A stretch of 62,673 nt of DNA, counting the filler, from Globobulimina sp. (lineage: Eukaryota), in assembly GCA_003354225.1 (NCBI GenBank). It is 32 parts of 32 records of this genome, joined end to end, with 100 filler letters (N's around TTAATTAATTAA, not from the genome) between each part and the next. Parts side by side here need not be neighbours in the genome. Positions count along the whole stretch, not along the records: positions 21,588 to 23,449 come from PIVH01011124.1; positions 23,550 to 25,411 come from PIVH01011125.1; positions 25,512 to 27,373 come from PIVH01011126.1; positions 27,474 to 29,335 come from PIVH01011127.1; positions 29,436 to 31,297 come from PIVH01011128.1; positions 31,398 to 33,259 come from PIVH01011129.1; positions 33,360 to 35,221 come from PIVH01011130.1; 25 more parts are not named here. The stretch is one strand, 5' to 3'. Positions 21,903 through 34,199 of this stretch are shown one piece after another; within the stretch, counting starts at the first letter, position 1, and each line of letters starts with the position of its first letter. The notes below the pieces were generated by a model. That model ran no database searches and was not told the origin of the DNA. It worked only from the letters and a program-made list of their open reading frames with translations. The position numbers were made by a program, and so were the translations under genes.

Positions 21903-23449
21903 TTACACGAATCCTATAACAATATCAACAGATAACGTATTACTAGCTATTATGTCAGTATCTGATATTATTATCTTTTGTAATGCACAATGACTATGAT
22001 CTGATATCATTTCAATTTGTAAATCTGCATAAAAATTCTTTACTGGATTTATATTGGTTGATATTGCAAGATTTGGAATTTTAACACAAAATGTTAAATA
22101 CTCACTTTTCTCCAAATCTTTTAGCCATTTGTTTGTCGAAAACAAAGTATATTTCAACTCTTTTTTATTTGCAACATTCCTCTCAAATATTGTGATTTTT
22201 AGTCGTGGCTCAATAAAATATGCATACTCCGACAGAATAATACATTTAATGGGTATTTCAATTGGTGCCAATGGATGAAAATATATTTTATTTTGTTCCG
22301 ATTTGAGTTGAATTATATTTGTTAATGAATTATATTTATTTGAATTGCTTAACTCATAAATTAATTCATTATATTCCTCAAAACAATTCATATATTTTCC
22401 CATATTCATATTAATAGCAAATATCTCTTTGATTGCTTGCCAGAGAGAAATGTTTTTATTTATTAAATTATGACAGATATTCATAATATTATTTTTATTC
22501 TCGCCATCCACATTAAAATTATTATCAATTTGAAAATCTTCTATTTTTATTTTAATTTTTTCATCATTACAAACAATAAAATATAAACAACACGCAAATG
22601 ACAACAATAATTTTGAGAGATTTGTTTTATTGCATTTCACGGACAATTTATATAAAATAATAATATGATGTTCCAATTTAATCAATTTTTGCTGCAAAAC
22701 AAATGCATGATTTGCACAAACATTCAATTCAATTAATTGCAAAATATCATTCAAAATGTTCCACAAAGATAAGAATGAATGAATATTAATTTGTTTATTC
22801 ACACAATGTAGTTCCTTAATAATTGTATTCAATAATTTCAAATCACACCAATTCTCTCGGAATAATTGCATAAAACACTGATGTAATGACTGTAAATCGG
22901 AGGACATAGCAATATGCATATTGCCATTATGAGTTACTTGCCGTTGAAGCTTCGCTTGAATTTTATTCATATCATATTTAAATATATTTTTATATTTATG
23001 TTTGCATTGATTGAGATAAATAGTGACAGAGTTTGAGATTTGAGACAATAAATATTGATTTGAAATGGATCCATAATGAATAGTCACCGCCAAACACAAA
23101 TGTTTTAAATTGTTAATAGATAACGAACAATGAGAAGGTACTAATTTGTTTAAAATGGCTTCTAATGATCGAGAATGTTTATATGATAAAATAGCTAATG
23201 AATACAATAATTTTTCCTTATCGTTGGGATATCGCACAATGGAGTGATTTAACGATTTGATCACCGATAATAATGATAATGGTTTGGACAAATATAAATA
23301 TTGCAAGGTTTCATAAGAATTACTCCGTATTTCTTGAATAAAATCGGCAGTCATTATCTGAATTAACGGCAAAAAATCATCTCCAAATTTTAAATAATCA
23401 CTGCCAAATATCATTATCTCTTTTAATATCAAAAGTGTTTTTATTCGGA
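21903..23449 (-). CDS. Integrator subunit 4/SIEL-like protein, C-terminal part
   Basis: EIRSNSYETL...SLNHSIVRYPNDKEKLLYSLAILSYKH resembles the INTS4 region IREALHELL...LLKNLTKYPTDRDSIWKCLKFLGSRH (recalled); helical region followed by a beta-rich C-terminus. Confidence 0.5.
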
Positions 23450-23549
23450 NNNNNNNNNNNNNNNNNNNNNNNNNNNNNNNNNNNNNNNNNNNNTTAATTA
23501 ATTAANNNNNNNNNNNNNNNNNNNNNNNNNNNNNNNNNNNNNNNNNNNN

Positions 23550-24547
23550 GCATACAAGGCACAAGTGATGATGGCGAGGATGAAAAAGTCTATGCCTTTG
23601 CCAATCTGTTACATGCTCATTTACTCGGAACACAATTGACATTAAGACATATTAGAAACGGTCGGGAATTGCGTCCATTAGATATGAATTTAGCTTACGA
23701 TTTCAGTTAAAAACATTTCAACGTTTTCTGTTTTATCATGCAAAAGAAACACAAATATTAAAACAGATTATCAACAGTTCACATCGTTTAGCGAAGTGGT
23801 GGAGATATGGCCGGGCGACGAGTTAATTGTAGAATGCGTTTATGACTCAACAAGTGCTGATGCAATGACATGGGGCGGAGAGTCGTTAAGTATTACTTAT
23901 ATTTTATAGTAATATGTGGCTATTTTTGGTATAAATATTTGACCAGAACCAAGGAGGAAATGTGCTTGTCATTTTTGATGGTGTATCCAAAACCAAAACT
24001 GGCATTCTGTACTAGTACATTTTTAGGAGATTATGACGAAAGTGGGCAATTTACAGAGGATTTGGGTAGGTTTTGGAGTGAAGCAGATGAGCGCGGTTAT
24101 GTGAATATAAGTTCTCCAGCTATTTATGATGTAAACCAGGAGGGAGCATTGCAATTTTATACGGACTTTCAGGAAGGTAATATATATACAGATAATCATG
24201 GAAATGGCGCATTGAGAGCTCAGCTATGTTTAAATTATAATAATGAACGTATTGTTGATGGCATGACAGTAAATTCTGTGTTGCGATCCGATGTTGAATA
24301 TAGTTCTTTTGGTGATGATGGATATTATGTTTGTGAGATGGATGAAGAGGAAGGATTTCAATGGGATGGGTGGTATGTTTATCTCGTTGGGTCGTTGCTT
24401 GGTGTAATATTAGTTGTATTGTTTGTGTATATTATATTCAAAATAAAAACTAAAAACCGAACAGAATCTGTTTATCATCAAGTATTAAATAAAGAAAAAC
24501 ATTATGGGAGTAATCGAGAAATATCTATGCAAGATACTCGGATGTAA
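23550..24547 (+). CDS. Copper type II ascorbate-dependent monooxygenase (DBH/MOXD1-like), C-terminal part with TM anchor; introns 23706-23766 and 23885-23946
   Basis: LLHAHLLG (CuM His ligands), YDFNYQ, PGDELIVECVYDS and GGESTKEEMCLSFLMVYP (CuM Met) after splicing. Confidence 0.92.
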
Positions 24548-25511
24548 AATGAGAGTGTGTGACAGTTATTCTTTGTTAGTACTTAGTACTAAATGTTAAT
24601 TATTAATTAATTATTCTTTAAAAAACTGTGAAATCTTTACATTTTACAATGTCAGCATCTAGTGCCCTAAAATATGAGTATTGTCCAGACTACGATAGTT
24701 TTCTCTGCGACAGCAAACAAAAATTGCAGGTTCAATTTGTATCTGATCGGACCACTATCAACAAAAACTGACATCAAAACGTTAACACACAGGAAAGACT
24801 TGTCCTTCATCATAATCTCAGAGAACCATTAATCCACAGAGCTGTTGCAAATGTTACGTACAAAAACTCCACATTCCTTCAACCACTCATGACACAAAAA
24901 AAAAACAGACGGTTGCTAAAATTGAAGATTTAGGCTATGAAACATATATCGATGAAATAATGCCAGATTATAATTTTTCTTTCATTAATCACCAACAAAT
25001 TAATAAATATATTGATGAATATCGCGGACCTGAAATATCTGCTAAATACAGGTCCAATTTTGCCGATCCCTCCAGCCCAACGTACCGCAAACATATCGGT
25101 TTTGATAAATTCCATAAAGACGCCGTAAATTGGCAAGACCAGTCCTCGTATAAAGTGACTGGCAAATATTTTTTTGCGCCACATATCGAAAACATTAACC
25201 CTTTACGCACGACCATCCTACACAACTTTGACCCTGTTTATAACAAAAATAAAAACGAATTTTTCATGAACAAAAATATATAACAATAATACAACAGAAA
25301 CAAAAATAGTCAAATAGATATAACAGAATATTCTGGCAAATTGATGCAAATCATAAGTTCAGATCGAAATTCAGATTGCTGTCGCATACTAAATTTCGAT
25401 CGTTTCTAAACNNNNNNNNNNNNNNNNNNNNNNNNNNNNNNNNNNNNNNNNNNNNTTAATTAATTAANNNNNNNNNNNNNNNNNNNNNNNNNNNNNNNNN
25501 NNNNNNNNNNN

Positions 25512-26806
25512 TGATATTTATGGGGGCATTCCAAATGAAGATGATATATTTTGTGCAGATGGACCATGTTTCCATGCAAATGCATCTTATGATGCAAATA
25601 CAACAATGATTATAACTACTTATGATTTAGATGCATATAATATTATTAGTGGAGTATCAATGAGTGGCATGATGGCAGAATTTGAAACAGCTTTTATGCA
25701 TAATTTTGGTGTGGATATGAATGTGGAAATATTTGGTATGAATATATTACTGATTGATTATAAATTTTATATATATACAATATACATTATATATAGTTGT
25801 AAACATTGATGATAGAGACAGTGTAAACATCGATGTTAATCCATTGTATTATATGATTATTATTGTTGGAGGTATATTGTTATTATGTTGTATTATATTT
25901 TTATTAATATATTTTTGTTGCCGATTTGGACGACGCAGAACAAATAAAAAGATATCAATATCAGATGGATACAATGATAATGCCACACAAACTCAACATA
26001 AACCAAGAAAACAAAATAGCACTGATTCTGGCAATTGGGATCAAGGAAAAGGACCGATATCATTTGAGAATGTTAATGATGAGGATCTTGGAGTAACCAC
26101 GCTAAGTAATGATGAAAACATAGTACCTCTCTCCATTGCAACAGTTGAAACAATTGAAATGATCACATATAATAAATTATATACCGACGGTCTGAGGAAA
26201 AGCCGACCAAATTATATGTCATCAGATGACGAACAACCACCAATCCCTTTGCACGAGGATTGGAACACGCAAATGTATGCAAATGATGATTGGAAAACAT
26301 GTATTAATGCAAATGTTGATTTGATGCAAATGTGTGCTTTTAATACATATCTTAATGCAATGAATCAATATCAGGAGAATGTATATATGCAAAATAATAT
26401 GAATTATCAACCTGAACTACGTCAATCAATCGGAATAAAGTCAATTCAACCAAAGATTGTGAATAAATTAACCAAACAATATAATAAAAAAGATAAAAAA
26501 GATAAAAAAAAATATAAAACTCAAAGGAAACAATCTGAGCGTATTGAGGATGAGATTTCTGTGTCGAGTGCGAGAAGCAATGATAACTCAGGTAATGATA
26601 ATGAGGATGTATTGGAATTGGATGATGCTATTAATAACAAGGCAGACGACGATGACGATAATGTATTATTGAATGATGTTATGAATAACAAGGATGGTGA
26701 TGATGTATTAACAAATATGACCGGATTACTTTCATTCCAACATATTGACTGTGCCTCAGTGGATGATAAAAGAGCAACTGGCTCGGTTATTCTTCATATA
26801 GATTGA
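25512..26806 (+). CDS. Single-pass membrane protein, C-terminal part, intron-containing
   Basis: Ectodomain fragment, intron at about 25736-25795, TM YYMIIIVGGILLLCCIIFLLIYFCC plus RRR, long acidic/basic tail. Confidence 0.65.
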
Positions 26807-26998
26807 AGTATTTATTCTACACAAATTACAGCATATAACAGATATATATATAAGACATTAGATTTTAATAATTTTCATTGTACGTTTACTTCTTTTTTTA
26901 TACTAAAGATTGTTTATTTGTATATATTCTGTAATTTCTTTTTTCTAGATTTCAAACAAGTTGACGCAACATATCATGATATGACAATTTAAAATTAA

Positions 26999-27373
26999 TT
27001 ACCAAGCCGCTAAATCAGTCAACAAGAAAGATACCACAACAATACCAACATCCTGAGGGAAGAAATCTAGCACAGCTTCAACAAATTGCATATTATACCA
27101 ATCTTTCTTCAACGATTCAACCGTTAAATGAAGCTCTGTTCGTTTATTGCAAATTGTTACAGATTGATGAATATTTCTGATTCGAATATATGACATTTTA
27201 TTTGCGAATACTTTTTCTAGCACGATTACAAAGTATGACAATACCGCAAAATAAGTCATGTATAAAAGCAGTATACTTTGAAAGAAGATGGAATAATAAT
27301 AATCCAATGAAATTATAGATTTCCAAAAATACACTGACCACAAAATAGGAAATACATATGAAAGCATTGATGA
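26999..27373 (-). CDS. Membrane protein C-terminal fragment
   Basis: Hydrophobic ORF open from the contig end. Confidence 0.5.
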   Translation of the reverse strand, partial: SSMLSYVFPILWSVYFWKSIISLDYYYSIFFQSILLLYMTYFAVLSYFVIVLEKVFANKMSYIRIRNIHQSVTICNKRTELHLTVESLKKDWYNMQFVEAVLDFFPQDVGIVVVSFLLTDLAAW

Positions 27374-28002
27374 NNNNNNNNNNNNNNNNNNNNNNNNNNN
27401 NNNNNNNNNNNNNNNNNTTAATTAATTAANNNNNNNNNNNNNNNNNNNNNNNNNNNNNNNNNNNNNNNNNNNNTTTATCATATTCGCGATGGGACAGCGA
27501 CATTATTATCATTATGGTTTGCATCGTTAACTTGAGATGCCATTATTAATCTGCAATTATAATATCGGAAAATTGCGTGCATATACAAACAGTTATAATA
27601 TCGGAAAAATGTGATTTATAACTTATGTTGTGATATTCACAGAAGATATGAAATTTTGTAAAGCTATGTTTCAAAATTAGGTTATTCAAATTCTATTGAA
27701 TCATAAGTTTGCAAAAAAGTGCGGCAAACTGTACGCAGGTTTCATTTTGGGCACAGTTTTAATGCCACAGAAAATAAACTGGGACTCTAAATCCTCTAAA
27801 CCATGGCAACACGAAGTCGCAAACGAAGATTTGAGGACTCAGATGATTCAGACTCACCTAGTTAGTATGACTGTGTTTACACTTTGAATGCCTCATAAAT
27901 AAACTTAATACAATAATACAGCAATCATAGCATCTCCCAAAGTCTCTTTTACATTCATAATCTCATATATGTGTTATTAATTAATATGACTTTTCTAAAC
28001 AA

Positions 28003-29335
28003 AAGAAAAAGCGAAGAAGAACACTGCAATTAAGTCAATCCGATGAAGAATCTACGAAAAAGAGCAAAACAACTAACAATACAAAACGTAAACACAAAAA
28101 ACCAACAAATAGAACAGTTAATCGTACACCAAAACCGTTGAAATTAACCGAAGCAAAACCAATGACACCGATATCGATATCAGCACAACCTGCCAGTTAT
28201 AATAACGTATCATCACCGTCGCCCTTATCACCACATAATACAAATGCGAATACGAAGAAAGTGACTTCGGTGACCTCCGCGAAGAAGAATACAGCAAAAA
28301 AGCAAAAAACCCCACCAAAATCGCATGATATTCGCAATTTTTTCACTCAATGTTCAGCAAAGGATTATTTCTCAAAATTTGATAACAAGCCAAATTATAA
28401 CAATCTCAAAAAACAAACATCTGCGGTTAAAAATATACAAAATAAAAATAAAAATAAAAACAAACCAAACGGAAATATTTATAAAAAAGATGAATCTGAG
28501 CCTGATGATGATGATGACAATGATTTATATGACGAGGACATTGAAATGAAATCAATCTCAAAACCAAACGAGAATTCACCATTAAAAAGACGTAAAAAAT
28601 CACCCTCTCCAAAGAAGAAAAATAAAAATCCTAAAAATACAGCAATTAATCATACATTTGCAAAATTATCATGTGACGCAACTCCAAGTGCTAACCTACT
28701 AAATACGAACACAAATACCGACACAAACAAAAAACCAGACAAACAAATGACTGATCCCAAACCCATTCCACCTATTCCACCTATTCCAGTCTCAACAGTG
28801 TCCAATGGACCAATAACTGGTAAGAAACGTAAATTAGATGAAATATCAAATGAGAATACCAAATCCGATGATAATCCGCCAAAAAAAGCTAAAAAATTCT
28901 ATCCCGGATTTAGAAGGAACGATGCTCCGCCAATGCATGGAAAGACCCCTATTCCCACCGGGAAACCATACTGTTTATCGGGGATTAGGTTTGTTATCAC
29001 CGGGCTGTTGCCGTCGTTGACCAGGGACGAATGCTCCGATTTAATCATGGAATATGGCGGAAAGTTAACCATTTTCATACTTATATTCATACTCATCACT
29101 ATCAATAATAACAAACAGAACAACCAAAGCCGTTTCTGGTATGACGCGGTACTTAGTGGCGGGCGAGGAAGCGGGCCCCAGTAAGCTGCAAAAAGCAAAG
29201 GACAAGAAAGTGACAATAATCACAGAGAGCGACTTATTAGATTTAATCCGTACAAACCCGCAAGGAAAACCTGCACAGACCCGCGCTAAGAAAAAAACTA
29301 AAAAAAACAATAATATGTTACCAAATCGAGGCGCA
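28003..29335 (+). CDS. RFC1: Replication factor C large subunit, N-terminal region with BRCT; intron 29064-29118; start uncertain, 3' truncated
   Basis: HDIRNFF near the N-terminus; after splicing PTGKPYCLSGIRFVITGLLPSLTRDECSDLIMEYGGK-TTKAVSGMTRYLVAGEEAGPSKLQKAK...ITESDLLDLI. Confidence 0.9.
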
Positions 29336-29436
29336 NNNNNNNNNNNNNNNNNNNNNNNNNNNNNNNNNNNNNNNNNNNNTTAATTAATTAANNNNNNNNN
29401 NNNNNNNNNNNNNNNNNNNNNNNNNNNNNNNNNNNG

Positions 29437-31297
29437 CCGTCACCGCCACCAACACCAAAACCTAAACCTAAACCGAAGCCTAAACCTAAGGCAAAACCCA
29501 AAGCAACGCCAAAACCTAAACCTAAACCTAAACCTAAGCCAAAGCCCAGAAACCTCAAAAAAGCTGCATCCACGGCAACGTTCTCTATGCGGCCGCCACC
29601 ACAGAAAGTTGTTCCTAAACCAAGACAAAAGGCGAAAAACATCAAAAAATCCGCTTCCTCGGCACTGCTAACCGCCAAATACAGAGAGGGCAAATGTGGA
29701 GAATTAGAAAAGCAGGCATTTACTGCCTGTAATGAGGCCGAAAAATTCGAGAAAAATAAATCATTTCGTAAAGCTATCAAATTTTATTCCTTTGGCATAA
29801 TGAAACTATTTCGTACCATCCCTTTCATTAAAAAAGAGAATGAGCAAAAACAGAGAATCAAACAAATCGATGGCTACAAAGTGAAAAAACAGCGTTGTGA
29901 GTTCACGTTAAACCGCGATAAAAAAGCTCGGCGAGAGAATGAAAAAAAAGGTATGGAACTATGTCTATTGGCGTTTGAGTATGAATCGAAACAAGGCTAT
30001 GAAGCCGCGGCTAAATACTATGAGAAAGGCATTCCGTTTCTGAGTAAGTCGCTGTTAAATTTAGACCATAAATTATCGAAACAATATAAATGTAACAGAA
30101 TACAAAGATATCGCGACCATTTAAGCAAATGCAAACAAATGATATATGCGGGAAATAAGTGCAAATATAATAACTTGTTCGATTACGTCGTGAATGGTAA
30201 CATTGACAGCAACATTGTGAGTGACTGCGAAATACGCGATTTATACTTGATTTTACCAGTGTTGATATCGGCGATATCGCAGATTCCAATCTCTTTTAAA
30301 AAGTGTTTCCGGTACAAATTATTGGCGGAATTGAACACAATCATTGAAAAGCATGGGTTATTAGAACAGAGATTGCGGTGTTATCTATTTTCATACTCGT
30401 TTGATAAACACATTTATGCCAATTCCTCATTGAAATCCATCTACAGATATCACCCAATGATGCCACAATTATCGTACAACATATTCGAAAACGACGATGT
30501 TGACACTGAAAAGGGCGATATTTTCGAGTCGTATTATTTTGAGAGAGATTGTATTTCGTTTTTGCGCACTATGACCAATAACATGTCGCTAAGCAACAAG
30601 ATCAGTCACAAGATATTTGGCAAAAATATAATTAAGGCCATTGATGACGATATTACTATTTATGATTTATTTGGAGAGAATGTCGCGTTGTCATGCATTG
30701 AGATCATAAAAGTATTCAAATCCAATGCCAAACCGCTATTAATCAGCGGCGTGCCATCGGACGATGAGAATAATGGTTGTGATTATAATTACATTGTGAA
30801 GTTAGGGGACGATTTACGCAGAGATGAAGGCATAATCTCTATGTTCAAATTAATGAATTATTTCTGGGAGAAACATGGATTAAAATATAACAATCACTAT
30901 GCGGTACAATGCTTGATTTACAATGTCGTTCCAATGGGTAATGATTTTGGTGCAATTGAATATATTTCGGACTGTGTGCCGTTAGCAAATATTTCTACGT
31001 TACATCGCGATAAGAAGCTAAAACAAATTATAAATTGCGATAAATATCTCTCGCGGTTAGTATCCACCGCTGCGGCGGCATACATTTCGTCCTTTATTTG
31101 TGGAATAAGAGACCGTCATTACGACAATATATTAATTCGTAAAACGGATGGTACGCTGTTTCATATTGATTTTAATTATTTGTGGACGAAAGTAGGCTTT
31201 TTGGATGCGGCAAAACTAGCAATTACGAAAGATTTGAAGATGTTTATGGGCGAACATCATTGGAACGGCTTTGTTGACATTGCAGCCAAGGCATATT
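29437..31297 (+). CDS. PI3K/PI4K-family kinase with (PK)n tract and two MIT-like domains (both ends truncated)
   Basis: FKSNAKPL, IVKLGDDLRRD, GAIEYI, GIRDRHYDNILI, LFHIDF. Confidence 0.9.
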
Positions 31298-31400
31298 NNN
31301 NNNNNNNNNNNNNNNNNNNNNNNNNNNNNNNNNNNNNNNNNTTAATTAATTAANNNNNNNNNNNNNNNNNNNNNNNNNNNNNNNNNNNNNNNNNNNNTGC

Positions 31401-31478
31401 TAAATAGTAACTAAATAGTTGCCAATTTTCGTTTTTAGTCTGAAATAGCAACTAAATAGTTGCGCGGCAACTATTTAG
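31401..31478. repeat. CTAAATAGTTGC direct/inverted repeat cluster with a perfect 12-bp hairpin
   Basis: Copies at 31411 and 31452; 31452-31463 pairs with 31467-31478 around a GCG loop. Confidence 0.8.
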
Positions 31479-31517
31479 GAAACCTAGGCTCAACTTTTCG
31501 CTGTTGAATTTTCGAAC

Positions 31518-33140
31518 ATGGTTCCGTTGCGAGTGTTAGCTTGCTTTTCTTTGCTCTCACTATGTATCAAATGTTTTGTTTCAATTGAATTAGAATTATT
31601 ATTAAATGAACTCGATGATAATTTGAATGTAACTATAATATTTAAAGGTGATGAAGAATTTGCCAAAGAAACAAAACAATTCTTTGAAATGTATAATGAA
31701 TTAATTCCAAATGCCATTATTCAATGCAAATCAGAAAATGACGTAATTAAATCAATTAAATTTTTAAATGAAAACCAAAACCAGGTTTCATTCCGTATTC
31801 GTAGTGGTGGCCATTCATACGGTGGATATTCAAGTTGTGCAACCCCAAAATGTATTGTTTTAGATTTATCGCAACTGAAAAGTGTACACTATGATTCAAA
31901 TCATAATTTACTGTCCGTAGAACCAGGTGTCACTCAATTTGAGTTTGTAAATAACGAAGTTCATGAAATGTATAATATATCAGTGCCGCATGGTAATTGT
32001 CCGACTGTTGCGTTTGGTGGGTATTGCCATGGCGGAGGGTTCAGTTTCATGATGAGACAATATGGCCTAACTATCGATTATTTAAATGCTGTGAACATTG
32101 TTTTATTCGATGGCAGTTTAAAACAAATCTCTTCATCACAATGTACAGATAATTATAACAACGATGATAACTCAGATTTATTCTGGGCAATACGGGGTGG
32201 TGGAGGAGGAAACTTTGGTGTCATTACCAAATACCATTTCAATCCAATAATAATTCCCGAAAAGATTGCATTTGTTTCACTCAAATTTGAAATTGATGAT
32301 AATATCGATACAATAAAAAATATATTTAAAGCTTACAGATGGTATTTTGATCCAAATAATAATCCGTCTCTCAATTATGAGGCATATTTAATATTTGAAA
32401 TTGAAAAAGATGTCGATATGTTCGAGTATGGCTATTCTGTGCATTGGTGGTCGCTGTATACGCCCGATAATGACATGACTGATGATGTAGTTATAAATAA
32501 TGTGAATAACATTGTTAGCTCTATAAATAATTATTTATCCTCGCAAAATATGTATTGTGTGAATGAAAAAACAGTTATAAAATTAGATACATATTCAAAT
32601 ATATATAATGAACATATTTTCGGTAAAAATGATAGCTATATCTGGGGGCCATGGAAAGCTGTTGTAACGTCGAGATATATTAATGAGATAAGTGATTTTA
32701 ATGATGAGTTTGTTGATAAATTAAGCCAGAAATTGTATGCTGACATTGTAGTTGAAAATAGTTGGAATAAAAAAGGATATGGACCGCATAATATTATTTT
32801 TGAAGCTTTGCATGGCAATATACAAAATAAAGAGGATGCGAATTTTGAAAAAACTAGTTTTTATGGACGTGAATCGTGGGTTGTTGTACAGAATTCAATT
32901 CGTTATAAAACCGGTGATAATTATAAGCAAGCAAAGAATATGTTGGTTGAGTATGATAATATTTTTGCAGACAATATTGAAAATTGTCCGCGGTTTATTA
33001 GTTATATGGATAGCATTGACAAAGATTTATCATTGTATTATCCGAATCAAACTACATTTAATAAATTGAAAGCAGTTAAAGCTAAATATGACCCACATAA
33101 TCTCTTTAAATTTGATATGTCCATTCCATGCGGAAATTAA
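31518..33140 (+). CDS. Secreted berberine-bridge-enzyme-like FAD-linked oxidase
   Basis: Signal peptide; RSGGHSYGGYS, GNCPTVAFGGYCHGGG, DLFWAIRGGGGGNFGVIT and C-terminal LKAVKAKYDPHNLF; complete intronless 540 aa. Confidence 0.95.
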   Translation: MVPLRVLACFSLLSLCIKCFVSIELELLLNELDDNLNVTIIFKGDEEFAKETKQFFEMYNELIPNAIIQCKSENDVIKSIKFLNENQNQVSFRIRSGGHSYGGYSSCATPKCIVLDLSQLKSVHYDSNHNLLSVEPGVTQFEFVNNEVHEMYNISVPHGNCPTVAFGGYCHGGGFSFMMRQYGLTIDYLNAVNIVLFDGSLKQISSSQCTDNYNNDDNSDLFWAIRGGGGGNFGVITKYHFNPIIIPEKIAFVSLKFEIDDNIDTIKNIFKAYRWYFDPNNNPSLNYEAYLIFEIEKDVDMFEYGYSVHWWSLYTPDNDMTDDVVINNVNNIVSSINNYLSSQNMYCVNEKTVIKLDTYSNIYNEHIFGKNDSYIWGPWKAVVTSRYINEISDFNDEFVDKLSQKLYADIVVENSWNKKGYGPHNIIFEALHGNIQNKEDANFEKTSFYGRESWVVVQNSIRYKTGDNYKQAKNMLVEYDNIFADNIENCPRFISYMDSIDKDLSLYYPNQTTFNKLKAVKAKYDPHNLFKFDMSIPCGN

Positions 33141-33359
33141 ATGTTTTTTTCTTGTATATATATAATTCAATAATTATTAATATGCAATATCTAAATAACT
33201 TTATAACAAGATTGGATTACTATAATATGCATCAAATGTCATATATTTCTTGTCTTTGCNNNNNNNNNNNNNNNNNNNNNNNNNNNNNNNNNNNNNNNNN
33301 NNNTTAATTAATTAANNNNNNNNNNNNNNNNNNNNNNNNNNNNNNNNNNNNNNNNNNNN

Positions 33360-33939
33360 AGATGTCCGCTGTGGGTTGGAACATTGAAGGATAGAATAAG
33401 GAAATTCTCTTTCTTTGCGAATATTTATGTTGATTGATATTCAATTTGTAATAAGTGCTGGAAGCTAATAATGCATCCTTCAAATTGTATGCAATCATCA
33501 CTTGATGTTCAACCACATGTTGATTGATATCAAAATCCTCTGCATCGCAGGTTAGCAAATCTCTTTCGATTTGGACGATTGTATAATTATCAAACGTTGA
33601 CAAATATTTTAATTCCCAATTTTGTACTTTATCCATCAACGGCAACACAAAATCATTGGAATGTAGGTCGTAAATTGTGTCGTGATACAAACTGATTAAA
33701 GCAATATCAGCTCCTTTCATGCCGCCCGTATCCGAGAGACCAATGGCAACCCAAGCTGTAGGGTCATAAATTGGAGCGATGATTTCCAACGAAATCTTCA
33801 TTATATCGATATTGATGGTCCATGATAGTTTTACATTAATTGCTTGGAAATATTCAGTTCTGTCCATTCTTACGGCGACATGCTGGTCGCTTACGACTAT
33901 GGACAACATCAACAGAGACGATATCGTATTGAACAACAT
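33360..33939 (-). CDS. DOMON-domain protein (DBH-like monooxygenase N-terminus; 3' truncated)
   Basis: Signal peptide, LSW, WVAIGLSDTGGMKGADI, PLMDKVQNW, RDLLTCDAED. Confidence 0.88.
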
Positions 33940-34199
33940 GGCTGGATCCAAATCAACTTGGAATTATGTTGATGGTTCACGGGACCAATTGTCAACAAAA
34001 AAGGGAGAGTTTTTCAGGTGCTCAAGAATAATCTGACATAATTATAATGGCAGTTTCTGAATTAATATGGCACTAAATGGAAAAGGTTGACATCGACGCC
34101 ACGTGATCAACGCCTACGTGTTCTCCCTTGACTCAAAGAAAATGAAGCAACACACATCTACTTTCTTTAGTTTTTTAGCGTGTTTCAGTGAAGTACGAC

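Noticed and set aside
4045-33140. Alternative genetic code or stop-codon reassignment
   Set aside because: UAP1 (TAA), NMT (TGA) and the BBE oxidase (TAA) end at expected positions and have no internal stops; other breaks are explained by introns or indels.
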